Shown here: piece after piece, positions 13,621 through 26,363 of the stretch | Position numbering within the stretch: the first letter of the stretch is position 1 | Layout: every line of letters begins with the position of its first letter | The notes under the pieces: model-generated | What the model was told of the DNA's origin: nothing | The model's database searches: none | What the model saw: only the letters and a program-made list of their open reading frames with translations | Made by a program: the position numbers and the translations under genes | Origin: Epiperipatus broadwayi | Taxonomy: Eukaryota > Animalia > Onychophora | Length of the DNA: 64,000 bases | NCBI GenBank assembly: GCA_028023455.1 | Contig: JAQFVV010000009.1 | Location: 5,332,001-5,396,000 of the forward strand | Reading direction: 5' to 3'

Positions 13621-16079
13621 ACACTTGGACAGTTACAATATATTTATAAATTCATTGAAAGAAAGTCAACTCTTAGACAATATCATTAACAATCTCAATC
13701 TGTTGTCAAGGCAAAGAGAGGAAAATTATTTATACAAAGAAATTTAAATAAATCTCATCAAACATGTAAATATAACTTGTTCTGAATACAGACTAACAAA
13801 TAGTCAATTATAATATTCAAATTCCAATTATAACTTTCAAATAGTACTCCAACAATTGGATTTATATATATATTGTATCAGAACAAATTCAATTGCAGCT
13901 CACATTAGTTGTATTACAGAGCTGCAGAGTCAAAAAAAAAAAGTAAATAAAAAACTCTGATAGGGATTAGTAAATTAATATATTGCCATGCATATGTACA
14001 TACATATTCATTATATATGCATAATTAAATTATATTGTTGTAAGAAATTAAAAGAAATTAGATCCATAGAATTAGTATTACTATTAAATGTTTTGTAAAA
14101 GAAATATAGTATGTATAATTAAAAACAATAAAATAATAACTCATATAATATAAGGGAAGATAGAAAAATTAGTTATAGGGTATACAAATAATTTTGAATT
14201 GTATACTTTAAGAAAATGTATCATATTTTGTAACCCTTCCAGATTTGCCTACTAACTGAGGGTTTAAAGAAATAATTTGCCTTTTCTTGTATTAAATTGG
14301 ATGGCAAATCTAAATAAGTCATCAAAAATTAATAAGTACTAAAAATGAGAAAGTTAGAAACCAAATTTCAATGTTCAGTCATGATTTTTCTTTTTTCCTA
14401 CCATTAATGTAAATAAAGAAAATATTTGTTAAATTATAATCATTTAAAAATAATCATAAAATATGAAAATATTTATTAAAAAAAACATGTTGTGAGCCCT
14501 GTTTACGTAGGTCTTGATAAAAATGTTTTGAAAAATATCTAGATATAAATAAACACAGACTTAATTATGTGTTAGATGTTTTTAAAAAAACATATTGTGA
14601 TAATATGAGGTATAAATAGCTTGGAAAAACAATTGCAGTGAACTAGTCTAAGTCTTGGCACAAGAAAAAGAAGTGCAGAGTGAATCCATGAAGATAGGAG
14701 AAACTGCTAGTTAAAACAGCCTCCCTTCAAATAGTGTCACAGAACTGTATTTTGCTATTTTAAAAGTATTTTTCAATATTCTATCCACCTCAGCAAGTAT
14801 GATAGCAATAGCTAGAAGACTATTTAACATGGTTGGTTATGAAACTTTAAGCATTCTGCTCAAAAGCTCTGGAACTTGGATCTAGGCAAATCTTGAAATT
14901 TGCTAAAATACAACATTGCCTGCTTTAAAGAAGAAAACAATCCCATAAGAAAAAAAGTGGACTCTGTCATAAAAACTGTCATATGTCTTTTTATTAATGA
15001 GTTTCATCTACAATATCTACAATCACTAATACCTGAAGAGGATAATCACAATTAAAAATTGAATGCATAAAAAAATGATATAAAGACATGCCCATATATA
15101 GTAAACATATATCTGCAGAAAACTATGGTTTAAAACTTTAAAAATTTAAGATATTTGGCAAGATCATATCTTTATATTTATCCATAAGGTGATAAGTTTT
15201 AATATTTATAATCTTTTTTTGCTTCTTTTCAATATTTTGTATTGTATTTATTATATTTATGTATAGCAACTGCAAAAATATAAGCAATGTTTTCATATTT
15301 TGCTTATTTATTGTAAATACATTATCTTATTTTCTTTTATTAACCAATTTAGTTTGGTTTTGCTTTTCAAACTCATTCCAAATATATGCCACTAACCCTA
15401 AGAAATCATGCAATCCAGTGGCGAACATACAGGGGTAATGATAGTAATCCAAAACAGTAATGATCAGCAATATTAAAATTTCCAAACGTAAGTTTTCTAT
15501 TTAGAGAGCTTGGTGCCTGAAGATTAATTTTAAATGGAATCTAGAAAAAACAAATTAAAAATATTTTTGGAATAATAATACTTAACCTTAATGCTAGATT
15601 GTTTGATCATCATTATTAACATATTGCTTAGATTAAATGTACATATTTGAGTTTAATCATTTTATTTAAAATATATATATATATATTCTTATTTGAATTT
15701 ACATTAAACTCACTTGTTATATTATTTTATCTTATCTTTTGTACCATTGCTATATATACTGTATCAATTTTAGCACCTGTATTATTACATTTATTAATTA
15801 TTACATCTATAAAATTAATAAAATTCAGCATTACAGCTAGTTAAAAATAAAAAACTTTCTATTCCCTGTGATATATAAATTGAATTTATGTAAATAATAT
15901 GCTGATTTAAAAATTAGGTATGGCGAATAATTGTTAGTTTATATAAAAAATAAACTCTCACCATAGGTGGATTACCTTTGGTTTTAAAACAATTATTAAT
16001 GGGAGAGGGTGTATCAATTTTAGCATATGTATGAAGAGTAGTTACTTCCAAAATACTATATATATATATACACACACAC

Positions 16080-16363
16080 GATCATTAGATGGAGCTTTAC
16101 CAATAGCTCCTATCAAGCTTTTGTTTACATAAATGCCGAGAGAGATAGAATTCAATATCTCTTCCGTTGTCTCCATCCTCAGACCAGCTGGTTTCAAGCT
16201 AGTTGGCTCTCTAGTCCGTGCGTTTCACAGACATAAGCCAACTAACTTGAAACCAACTGGTCTGAGGGTGGAGAAAACGAAAGAGATATTGAATTCTATC
16301 TCTCTCGGCATTTATATAAACAAAAGCAGTTAGGAGCTATTGGTAAAGCTCCATCTAGTGATC
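16080..16363. repeat. 284 bp near-perfect inverted repeat with HHR remnants, between TA/CA microsatellite tracts
   Basis: GATCATTAGATGGAGCTTTACC... / ...GGTAAAGCTCCATCTAGTGATC; both arms carry AGC-caacta-(G/A)CTT-GAAA-CCA(G/A)CTGG-TC-TGAGG. Confidence 0.9.
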
Positions 16364-16689
16364 ATAAAATGAAAGCTAATAGCAAGTTACGAAATTTATA
16401 ACTTGTTTATCATATATATATAGTAATGGTGGGGAAGAGGAAGAGGATATTCCTGAAAGTAGTTTTGGCAATTTACAAAATAAAAGATGTCTAAAAAAGT
16501 TTCTGATTTATGTAGATATATTTTAAGCTTGGAATAAGATTGGACTAATCAAATAGAATTTCAAGCATTTATAGATTGAGTTTTTGCAAAATGATGATCA
16601 AAGGCTTCTTAAAGTCTAATTTGCAATCAAATCAAATAAGTAATTGTTCTTAATATACAAGGCAAAAACCATATTTTCAACCAATCTTG

Positions 16690-17400
16690 ATGCATTGTAG
16701 GATGAAGGTCTCTCCAAATTTAATCCAGTTTCTTCAATCTGTAGTCTCCTCCACATCACACCAGAAAACTTATTTCTTCCATTCATCTCATGTGGTTTCT
16801 TTCTAGTCTTTTACAATACCTTACAATCCAATCAAAGATTTCAATTGTTCATCTATTATATCTCTTCTAGCAATATATTCAGCCCAGTTCAAATTCAATC
16901 TACTAATTATTTCAATGATGTCAGGAAGGTCTGTTTGTTCTCTTATCCACATATTTTATTTTTGATCCCTTCTTATTCCTCCAAACATGCATCCCTCTAT
17001 ATTTTCATTGAGTAGTCTGTATTTCTGTTAAGTGTCCAAATCTCAGATCCATGAGTGGTAATATGCATTTATTAAAAACCTTCCTTTCAAACATATATTT
17101 TCTTCTATTATTAAGTTATTTCTACCAAAAGTACTCCATCCAAGTTTAATTCTATGATTAATTTTATCCATTATATTTCCATCCAAATTAATAATATGAA
17201 TAAGATATTTGTAATTATTAATTTCTTTTAATTCATCATTATTAATCCTTATTTTGAAAAAATCCAGTGAACATTACTTGGTCTTTTTAGCATTTATCTT
17301 TAGTCTTACTTTCTTCTGTTCATCTGATAATTCTTGCAATATTTCTTGAAGTTCTGAAGCATTATTTGCAAAAAATACTCACATCATCTGCAAAATATAA
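16690..17400 (-). mobile_element. RTE-clade LINE 3' remnant
   Basis: Minus: LYFADD at ~17398-17381; WIREQTDLPDIIEIISRLNLNWAEYIARR at ~16950-16865. Confidence 0.75.
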
Positions 17401-17511
17401 CACAGGATATGTGACAAAATAGAAAAGGAAAATATTAAGGAAGAAGTTATGATGTTCAAGTTCAGGAGAACACCTAAAATAAGATCCAACCAATTATTTT
17501 TTCATATATAT

Positions 17512-17538
17512 TTATTATTATTATTATTATTATTATTA
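17512..17538. repeat. (ATT)n microsatellite
   Basis: Read directly from the sequence. Confidence 0.9.
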
Positions 17539-18225
17539 GCCTAATGCAAATCAGAGATTATTCATTTTTTTTATTATTAAAAAAGATAAATCGACATATC
17601 ATAGTACTTTATGGTCAGGTTATATATTTCTACTACAATAAAAAGATATTCAGTTTAATTTGATCTGAATTAATATTAAAATAGAAATATGTCTTTGAGT
17701 TTCTAAGATAATTTCACAGAAAATCATATTGTTAAAACACCAATTAAAATGGTTATGTTATCAACGGTGTTATGTGTGTTTTTATGGGATAAAAGTTTGA
17801 TAATTTACACAAATTATAGATATCTTCAAAAATTTATTTCATACTAATAAACTTAAAATGGCTTATTTATGTCTTAATGTCCTTCTAAACCCACATCAAA
17901 TGTCATACTTTTAATTTGATTAATCTAAAACTTTTTTCTCTATAAATATGACATTGATAAATTTTTTAACTTATTTGATGTAACCTAATATTACATCTTT
18001 AGCATGAAAAGAGTAAACATTCTAGAATACTGAAATATAAAATTATTATAACAAATTTGAAAAGAATAAAATTGATAAATCATCATAAAAATTATGGATA
18101 TTTTACATACATTTAGTTGAGGATTGGCAATAATTTTTCTTCATATTTTCATGAAGAGAATGATTTTAACAACAAATGAAAAAAATTAAATATTGATCAT
18201 ATTATGATTTCATATATGTACTAAA

Positions 18226-18620
18226 TCAGGGATCAGCAACTTTTTAACATGAAGAGCTATTTTGTCTAAATCCTTCATCCATTAAAGATCCACAACACAA
18301 GAGGTGAAAAATATGTTTATGAAAAATATGAATTTCTGAACGATTGTGGATATATTTGAATATTTATGTTAGTAAAAAAACATAACAGAATCTATGTAAA
18401 TCCTAACTGCTGTGTGCTCCAGGAATGTGTATACACACACATACATATATATATAGTAGCAGGGTCACATTAAAATAAACAATACAAACAAAATAAATGT
18501 GAGTTTATTATAAAACAATTTCTCCAATCTTTTATATATGATTGTTTTAGTTCACATACATGGAGAAAAACAATAATTATTTGTAAAGAGTCCAAGGTTT
18601 CTTTCAATAATTTTTAACAT
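18226..18620. mobile_element. Probable terminus of a hAT (Charlie/Buster-like) DNA transposon
   Basis: CAGGGATCAGCAACTTTTTAACATGAAGAGC resembles Charlie-type termini (CAGGGGTCGGCAAC...AAGAGCC); partner TIR not found. Confidence 0.4.
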
Positions 18621-19302
18621 TAATTGACCAATATACTTTATAACATTAGTACAAACTCCTGACATTTAATATAATCAAAATACAATTCTATATATTACTG
18701 ATCTTATAAATGCAAGACATTTATTTAACTCATAAGTTTCCTAACACTTACATTTCTCTAATATGGGTTAATTAAAACCACTACACTTTTCTTACAATGA
18801 TAACTCTAGAGAATGACCACATCAGATATGAAATCCCGATTTACCAAAACTACAACTTAACTACAAAGATGACCTCTTTTAAATTAATACCTAATTTACA
18901 AGAACAAAATTTCAAATGGATTCTCCCATATAGATATAAAAAAATTTAACTACTCAATGTGAACAAACAATTGCATAATAAACTCACCTACACAAAATCT
19001 AATTCACAGCAATCAAAAAAAAAAAAACTCTAAATTATGGACAAATGAACTCAATAGATTAAAATAAATCTTTAATTTAATTACTAATAATTATTACTTT
19101 CATTATTTAACACTTTGATGCTTTAATTTACTTCCTTTTTTTTTTTTACCAGAGTGGAACATTTACATTTAAAATGAATATTACACCTTAAAACAGGCAA
19201 CTCTCTCCATACAGTAGTGCCACTCAGTGCAAACCAGAGTAATCAATGGATGCCAGAAGGCTTGTGCATAAAATCCCTATCTAGTGCCTACCCATCCAAT
19301 AT

Positions 19303-19342
19303 CACCAGACTATTTTCTAGCTTGTGGCTTTCATTAGTGAGG
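19303..19342 (-). ncRNA. Family A hammerhead, degenerate (G5>A)
   Basis: Minus: CCTCA-CTAATGA-A-AGC cacaa GCT-A-GAAA-ATAG-TC-TGGTG. Confidence 0.65.
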
Positions 19343-19471
19343 CCCTTTGGATCTGAGAGAACTGCACCTAGATCTTATGATCTAATGCAACCCTCTAGCA
19401 GCCACCTTTTATCTCTACTTAACTATAAAACTACAAGTTTAAAATTGAAATAATATTTTCAATATTAAGTT

Positions 19472-19511
19472 CCTCACTGATGAAAGCTACAAACTAGAAA
19501 CTAGTCTAGGG
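19472..19511 (+). ncRNA. Family A minimal type I hammerhead, intact core, GUC site
   Basis: CCTCA-CTGATGA-A-AGC tacaa ACT-A-GAAA-CTAG-TC-TAGGG; palindromic stem III ACTAGT. Confidence 0.75.
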
Positions 19512-21732
19512 ATATTGGATGAGTAGACACTAGATAGGGATTTTATGCACAAGCCTTCTGGCATTCATTGCTCACTATTGTATAGAGAGGTTTTCGTGTT
19601 TTAATAACAGCTATGAGCAAGCATAAGGAATGGTGTTCATGTGATGTTTAGTGATTTAATATTACACCTTCCTTTTTTAACTGATAACTTTTTTAAAAAA
19701 ACATTTCATTAACATGTGTAGTAAAGAAAAGTTATTTTCAAAATGTAAAAATAATCTATATATAGTAAATATAATATGAAATGAATCTTTTTTTTTTTGT
19801 TATTTAAAAATCTGTTGTTGTTTTTTATATTTCAGTTGAATTAAAATGCGACTAACTTTTTTTTTAACCTTTCACTTCTAGTTTTAAACAATTTATAATA
19901 TAAAATATAGCTTGTTAGTATTAAATATAAACTAAAACATAAAATGGTTAATATAGAGTTTAAATAGTTTTTCTCTAAGTTATTAAGCAAATTATATAGT
20001 GTTGGTTTGTTTTCTTCACAATGGGAAGTATTGATTAATTCATAGTGGTCATAATATCATTTAACAATCTCTAGTCTTGAAATGTGAAGTAAGTAGTTTC
20101 TTAATTTTAACTAGAGATTTTTTCAAAATAGCATGTCAAGTTCCAGATGTCCAAGAAAGATTTCAACAATTGGCAGTTTTTCCTCTTTCTACTCAATCAG
20201 CACAATGAAGGTCCAAAGTAGCTTTAATAAAGTGAAAATCCAGTTTGACTGCTTTAAGAAAAATTGATTTTATGTAAGTTTTACAGTTTTAAAACACCTG
20301 ATTTTGTTTTTCGCAATATTCTTTAATCTTTTTCTCCACATCTTTTAATATTTTATTTTTGCCATATTAAAACAGGCAAAACTGTCTATACATATTATAG
20401 TGATCATGTTATGTTTTTTGCTATATCATCAGATTTTATTTTAATTATAAGGGTTGAATGAACTTGCAAAATGCATGTTTCTGAATCTCTTACTAAAACC
20501 AACTAGAGCTTTTTTCATTTAACTATTTAAAGTCTATTTTTTTAACAGTTGTTTTGCAATACATTCCATATATTCTTTGACAAGAGAAAGCCTTAACATA
20601 ATTTATTGGTTTTGCTTAAATTTAAATATTTTTTTACAAACCCATTACACTTTTTTAAAATGACAATCAATAATTTATTCATATGAATATTCATATTCTT
20701 AGTACATTATATAATTTTTTAAAACTTTTGAATGTCAAATTTAACAGCATTCTTAGAGCTCTGAAAATCATCTCTCACAACCAGATGGTAAACAATGTGA
20801 CTGACACTGAAATGAATAAAACATTATTCATTTCATTATATACCAATAAATGAAACTAAACATTAATCTTTAAGGAGACAGTCTCTAACATAACATCTGT
20901 GACAGTGAATAATATTTCTATATGCACATTATTTGAAATAATTATAAATCTGCATCTAATTAAACAGAGCTTTTGCATACTACAGTTTACTCTGTCTGCT
21001 TCCTGCTAATAAGTGTGTACTTTCAAAATATATAATTAATTGGCATAAAAATATTTTAACTTCAGTCCAGGCTAACTTCTTGTAAATTTTTCTAGAGTGA
21101 ATAATAGAATAAATATGTAAGTGTTATGTGATCACTATTTTTCATAATAAAACTTTATTTACATTAACAATCTACATACATATATTTTTGCAAAGCTATT
21201 ATTTATACCACTATACACATTTCACTAATGAAAATAAAATACTCTTAAAAATAAATTTGACTTATTCGCAAATTTCTAATTTTTAAGTATTTATCATATA
21301 CTATAATGACTATTGTATAAGGCTGAATTCAAGAAACAACATTGTAATATGCATTTTTCCTCTCTAGTCATCAAAATATTTATTTAATATTAAAAGAGAA
21401 AATAAAAGTATGTTTATGTTTACCATGATAAAAAGAGCTATGAGATTGGAATCAAAGAGTCATATTTAGCTTGCAAACCACAGTTTTCCAACCCTTGTTC
21501 TAGAGCTAATACTACATGAGAAAATATGACATGTTCAATGAGCCTTAGTAAATTGTTGTTTTCAAAGAAGAATCATTTTAAAATAATAATAATAATAAAA
21601 ATGTGAACTGAATTTCATGTTATTGCAATAGTTTATGGGGTTGTAAAAAACTTTTGCATCATCAAATGTAGATTTATCAGATTTTGGATCAGTTGATTGT
21701 TAAAATGTGATATCAAGTATGGCTTCTATTAG

Positions 21733-22140
21733 GCCAATAAACATCACATGATCACTATTTCTTATGCTTGCTCTTAGCTGTTATTAAAACAGGCAAAATT
21801 GTGGCTAAGGTTATTAAAGAACCAAAGACACCAAAATGTATGGGTACTGAACTGAGTTCAGACCTATATAACTATATAAGCTGATGAGCTTGGATTGAAA
21901 ATATTATAGTGTTTTCAATTTGAAGTCTCATAATTTTGAAGTTAAGTAGAGATAAAAGGTGGCTGGTGGAGAGCTGCATTAGATCCTGGGATCTAGGTGC
22001 AGTGTTCTTAGATCCAATGCTCCTCAGTGATGAAGGCCATAAGCCAGAAACTAGTCTGGGGATGTTGGATGAGGATTTTATGCACAGGCCTTTTGGCATC
22101 CATTGATTACTCTGGCTTGCACTAAGTGGCAATATGTTGT
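21733..22140. mobile_element. Family A element: inverted terminal piece (21733-21800) plus body on +
   Basis: 21733-21800 is the reverse complement of the family tail seen at 19600-19655 and 58555-58605; body matches 19350-19570. Confidence 0.8.
22022..22061 (+). ncRNA. Family A hammerhead (C3>G), all stems paired
   Basis: CCTCA-GTGATGA-A-GGC cataa GCC-A-GAAA-CTAG-TC-TGGGG; stem II covaries (GGC/GCC versus AGC/GCT in other copies). Confidence 0.7.
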
Positions 22141-22142
22141 AA

Positions 22143-22205
22143 CAGTAGCTGGGTTCAAACCCTATTACAAGGGAATTAAATAGCATCTACCAACTGGTTT
22201 AGATA
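22143..22205 (-). other. tRNA-derived (SINE-like) head with A- and B-box-like motifs
   Basis: Minus: ...CAGTTGGTAGAtgctatttaattcccttgtaataGGGTTTGAACCCagctactg. Confidence 0.45.
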
Positions 22206-23449
22206 AGCATAATTCTTTAAATTGTCTTCCAAATATTTAAATATGATATATGAGGAGTTATGTATATATATGTAAGAGAGATAGATGTTGAAATCATTTT
22301 CTTTTTTTAAAAAAAAGAAAGAGATATAATTATTTATTTCAGAATTTTTTTTTTAAATATGATAAAAAATTGAGAAATACAGTTATACGCAAATATCTAG
22401 TTCTTTTTATTATTAATTGTTTCAAATATACATTTTTTTGATACTATCTTATTTTAATGAGGGTAACGAAAAGACTTTACTGTATATACCTCTAGACAAT
22501 TGTTTGTTATTTCATACAGTATTTAGCCACTTAAAATTTCCGAGAAACTCTAAGTGGATGTACGGTGGACAAAAAGACCAAAAGTAATAGAAAAAATGTT
22601 AAAAGCATTCCAGAGAAAGTGAGATAGGTATGCTGATAAACATTTTTTTTTTAAAAAAAAAAAGAGAGAGAAATTAATAATTAGGAAGGTCTGAGCAGGA
22701 GAGAAAGGAGACATGTTGGAAAATATTTTTTATATATATATATTAATTCGAATGGCTATGCTTTCATGGTTATAAAGGACATTGAAGATATCTGAATTAA
22801 CTGACTTGCTGAAGAAATGTGTCTTTATGAAATGTCGACATTCGTAATGTTGGGGTTAAAAGCAGATATGTGAAGGGTGATCACCATCTGCTACAAGTAC
22901 AGAGCTGTTCCTATCTACCACCGCCAGTACGAGAAACCTAAGAACCTCACTAAGGTGCTACACTAAATAACATAGAGTTAAAGGAAAAGGATCGAATCCA
23001 ATATGATAAACCAGTATCCACTGAAATATTTACTAACTGACGCCGTTATTATTTTTTGTTTTGCTTCCAATTAATACTACAAAATGGACACTAGTGCTGG
23101 ACTTCACCAATAGCAAATATCTTTCTTCAATAAAATAAAACCTCAATTTCTTGTGGATTGTGAACTCAGAACTATGCGAATGTATCATTACTAAAACCCT
23201 GGGGTCCATAAGGTAATATGATTTCCTTTATATTATACAAACTTAGAATTGACTATCATTCCCTCTGAATGATTATTTACAGTTAAATTAGTAATTTGAG
23301 TTGTAGTGTATAACTGTATATTTTTTTATTCCACTTAATATTTGTTATTTAGTAAAAAAAAAAAAATGTTATTGTTGTTTTATTATATTTTGATATGAGA
23401 ATTATATTTTTTGTGTTTTATGAATGTTTAATAGGACATCCATCCATAT

Positions 23450-23800
23450 AAGACTTGCACAACATGTATATGCATACAATAAGACTTTGGCTGACCCATC
23501 CCACCCATCTATTTTTGCACAGTACACAGCTTCTGTGGGACACCAGTGCAGGCCAGACAAGCCTCGTGTGGTGTACAGAGAGCAGCACAAGTTGTGAAGG
23601 AGAGTTAAAGAGGCATGTTATATCATTTCTGACATCCATACCATGAATAAAAAGGAAACATTTTATGCCATATCCAGGAAGTGACAAATCTAGGTCAATG
23701 AAAATCTAGTCCACCTTAATTTGCATATTTTATTCCAGCTACTTCTTGAAAATGAAGGCTTAGACCTTTGAAAGCGCTTGAGTAAATTGATAAAATTTAT
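23450..23800 (+). mobile_element. PLE 3' fragment (GIY-YIG C-terminus plus terminal repeat), family B
   Basis: Frame not in the ORF track: IFAQYTASVGHQCRPDKPRVVYREQHKL*RRVKEACYIISDIHTMNKKETFYAISRK*, homologous to ORF 46820-47095. Confidence 0.8.
23740..23784 (+). ncRNA. Family B hammerhead with U3:A8 core
   Basis: TACTTC-TTGAAAA-T-GAAGG cttaga CCTTT-GAAA-GCGC-TT-GAGTA. Confidence 0.6.
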
Positions 23801-24670
23801 CATTCATTTGAGACGGTGATTATATATATATTGTAGTTTATATTTAATTTATACGTGTGTATTTATATTAACACAAATATAGTTTATAAATTAATAAGAA
23901 TAAAATTATATATTACCTTAAAACTAGAATTACCTATTGATTTATTGTTTATGTTTGCCTATTTCTTTCCCAGCCAAGATATATCAGAAAACTAGTTAAA
24001 TATGCCTTATATGAATAGGCACGTACATATTACATAAATTTTAAACTCAAACCTTAAGTTAAAGAAATAAATTTGTGTGATTAACAAATAAAATAAAGGT
24101 TTAAAGATAGAGAATTCAGTACAGCTAATTGCAAATTATATGCAAGCAGATTTAAGATACAGAAAGAGGGAAAGAGAATGTTCAAATACACAGATTTCTC
24201 CATATACCTCCATTCATCCAATAGGTTTTCTCCCAACCCTGAGGGCGAGCTAGCTAGGGTCAGAAACCTCATTAGAGATAGTATAGGATCATTAAGGGTT
24301 ATAGGGAAAGCATAATTCTCCTGCATTAGTGAGATTGGCACTTGAGGTCAGTTACCATCTGATGCTCATATACTTTTCTTGTAAAAGTTTATATATCTTA
24401 CTGAAGAAATAATGGCCACCAGGGAAACTTTTAAAAAATTCTTAGATACGATCTATGCAAGATCTAGTAATTGTGTTTATAAAATATCAAAAGATAATTG
24501 ATTCGTATTAAAATTCAATTCAGTAGACAGTGGTCAAATACTGTCTACAGGTGTTATGGTGACTAGACAGCTATAGTATTATATCCATTATCCTGTGTGA
24601 TCCACTTATCCATTTTAAAGATCTGCTTTTGCCAAGCACCATAATTGATATATGGGGTTGACTGTTAAAA

Positions 24671-24688
24671 TGGGGCCCAACATAGGGC
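24671..24688 (+). promoter_or_regulatory. Primer-binding site complementary to tRNA-Lys(CUU) 3' end
   Basis: TGGGGCCCAACATAGGGC versus TGGCGCCCAACGTGGGGC, 15/18; lies upstream of Gypsy gag. Confidence 0.75.
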
Positions 24689-26363
24689 TAAAAAAGTAGA
24701 ATGGTAGGCTGATAAGAAAATTTGTTTAAAATTATTTTATCTCATTAATAATGAGTTGAAAAATAAAGCACCAGATAGAGTAGAAAATTAGAGTGAGGAT
24801 TAGAGGTTCAACAGTAGGGCAGGTGATAGTCAGCATATTACTTTGTGAGCTGGGGGGAAGCCCAGCATGTTGTATAAAGAAAATTAAAAAAAATTGTTAT
24901 TATTTCACTCAGAATGTTATATAGAGAAAAATATAAAAAAATGTGTTAATATTTCACTCAGAAATAAAAGTTTGTTTTCTTAAAGATATAAAACATAAGA
25001 ATTGAAGTAAAAATATAAGAAAACATTTTCAGGAGAAGGAAAGAAAAACAAAATAGACCAGGACAGATAAAGCAAAAGAAACAGGCATGATGATAGAAAA
25101 ATTACAGGAAATAGAAGGGATGAAAATAAAGGTATTCAGAGGACAGGGGGAGGCCAAGAGAACATATCAGCAGTTTACAAAAATACTTTAGGAGATATGG
25201 GATTCCGGAGGAATGCAAAATAATCATAGCGCGTATCCATCTTCAAGGGTATGCTAAAATATGGCAGGATTCAATATTACATCAACCCCAAACATTCCAG
25301 GAGTATGAACCTGGCTTAAAGAAGACATTTTGGACAGAGGAACAGCAGTAGAATATTAAACTGCAAATTATCAGTCAAAAGTTTCTGGACAATGGTAAGA
25401 AAAGTTATGCACAGTTTTTCAGATGACAAGTGGCCATGCTAAAGGCATTAGAAAGGTGTCAACTGTCTAAAAATTAGATCATAAGAACAGGATACTGAAA
25501 TTTGCCAGTGGAAATAAGATGCTTGGTGGGGATTAGAAAATAGGTCAGCTAAAGAAACTGACAAAATATTAAATCAAATGGAGACAGATAAGCAAATGCA
25601 GGGGTTGGAGACAAAATTCATGGACAAATGTGAAAAAGATATGGCAGAAGAAATTGGAGAAGAGTTGGTACACCATCCTGTGCATTTCTAAACAGGGATG
25701 CCCAAAGATTAGTATTGAGATTGATCAAATATAAATCCTCATAGATTCAGGTAGTCAAATTTCTGTAATATCTAAAATACTATATAATAAACTGGTGAGG
25801 AAACAATATTACATAAGAACCTTTACATTGAAGTCCACCCAAGTAACGATGGCAAATAATAAGGGGAAGGTAGAACTCAAGAAAGAGTGGGTGGATTTAT
25901 AGATTAATGGGAAACCGTTCACTCATGTATTCCTTATTATGAAGGACCTGATGCATGAGGCCATATTATGGTCTGATTTCCTACACAAATATAAATGTGT
26001 TCTTGACTAAAAAAAGAAGAGTTACTTGCGAAGGAAAAATAATTAAAATTTCTGGGGCCAGATTTATACCATTCAAAAGGGGTTATAAATGTCAAGGGAG
26101 ATCTAATGGACAGGGTTATAGTGGAAAAGATTCAGCAGGCAAAGGTGTCCAATAGAGAAGAGGAGTGTGCACTGCGGAAAGTATTAGAAGAGTCTGGCAG
26201 CATTGTTTCAGATGTACCTGATGTAATTAAAGGGTTTGAACAATGGATCAAAATAAATCACAATCAGCCTTTCCAGTCTAGGTCATACCCAGTTCCACAT
26301 TAATACCTGGATGATGTTAAGCAACAAATTAACAAAATGGTAAAGTGGGGAATTATATTGAAG
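24671..26363 (+). mobile_element. Ty3/Gypsy remnant: PBS, gag, protease, start of RT; cut off at LTR 26364
   Basis: QGYAKIWQDSILHQPQTFQEYEPGLKKTFWTEEQQ (gag, ~25245-25350); LIDSGSQISVIS (aspartic protease, ~25738-25773); QPFQSRSYPVPH...DVKQQINKMVKWGII (RT start). Confidence 0.85.

Larger units (their letters stand above)
19190..19660. mobile_element. Family A non-coding HHR element with inverted arms (19190-19342 / 19472-19605)
   Basis: Arms are reverse complements (GATGCCAGAAGGCTTGTGCATAAAATCCCTATCTAGTG / CACTAGATAGGGATTTTATGCACAAGCCTTCTGGCAT); homologous to 21.7-22.1, 51.3-51.6 and 58.2-58.6 kb. Confidence 0.85.

Noticed and set aside
16133-16333. 66 aa ORF
   Set aside because: Chance frame across a palindrome.
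21878-21915. Second hammerhead in family A (CTGATGAGCTTGGATTGAAA)
   Set aside because: No stem II can form; the sequence is better explained as two small hairpins, and CTGATGA is not kept in the 19.4 and 51.4 kb copies.
19217-22186. Paralogous ORFs 19217-19453 and 21872-22186 as a small protein family
   Set aside because: They are antisense readings through family A HHR repeats; similarity is at DNA level and other copies do not keep the frame.
22808-22845. CTGAAGA...GAAATGTC as a hammerhead
   Set aside because: Stems I and II do not pair.
24081-24341. 86 aa minus-strand ORF as a host exon
   Set aside because: No recognisable domain or convincing splice context; left unassigned.
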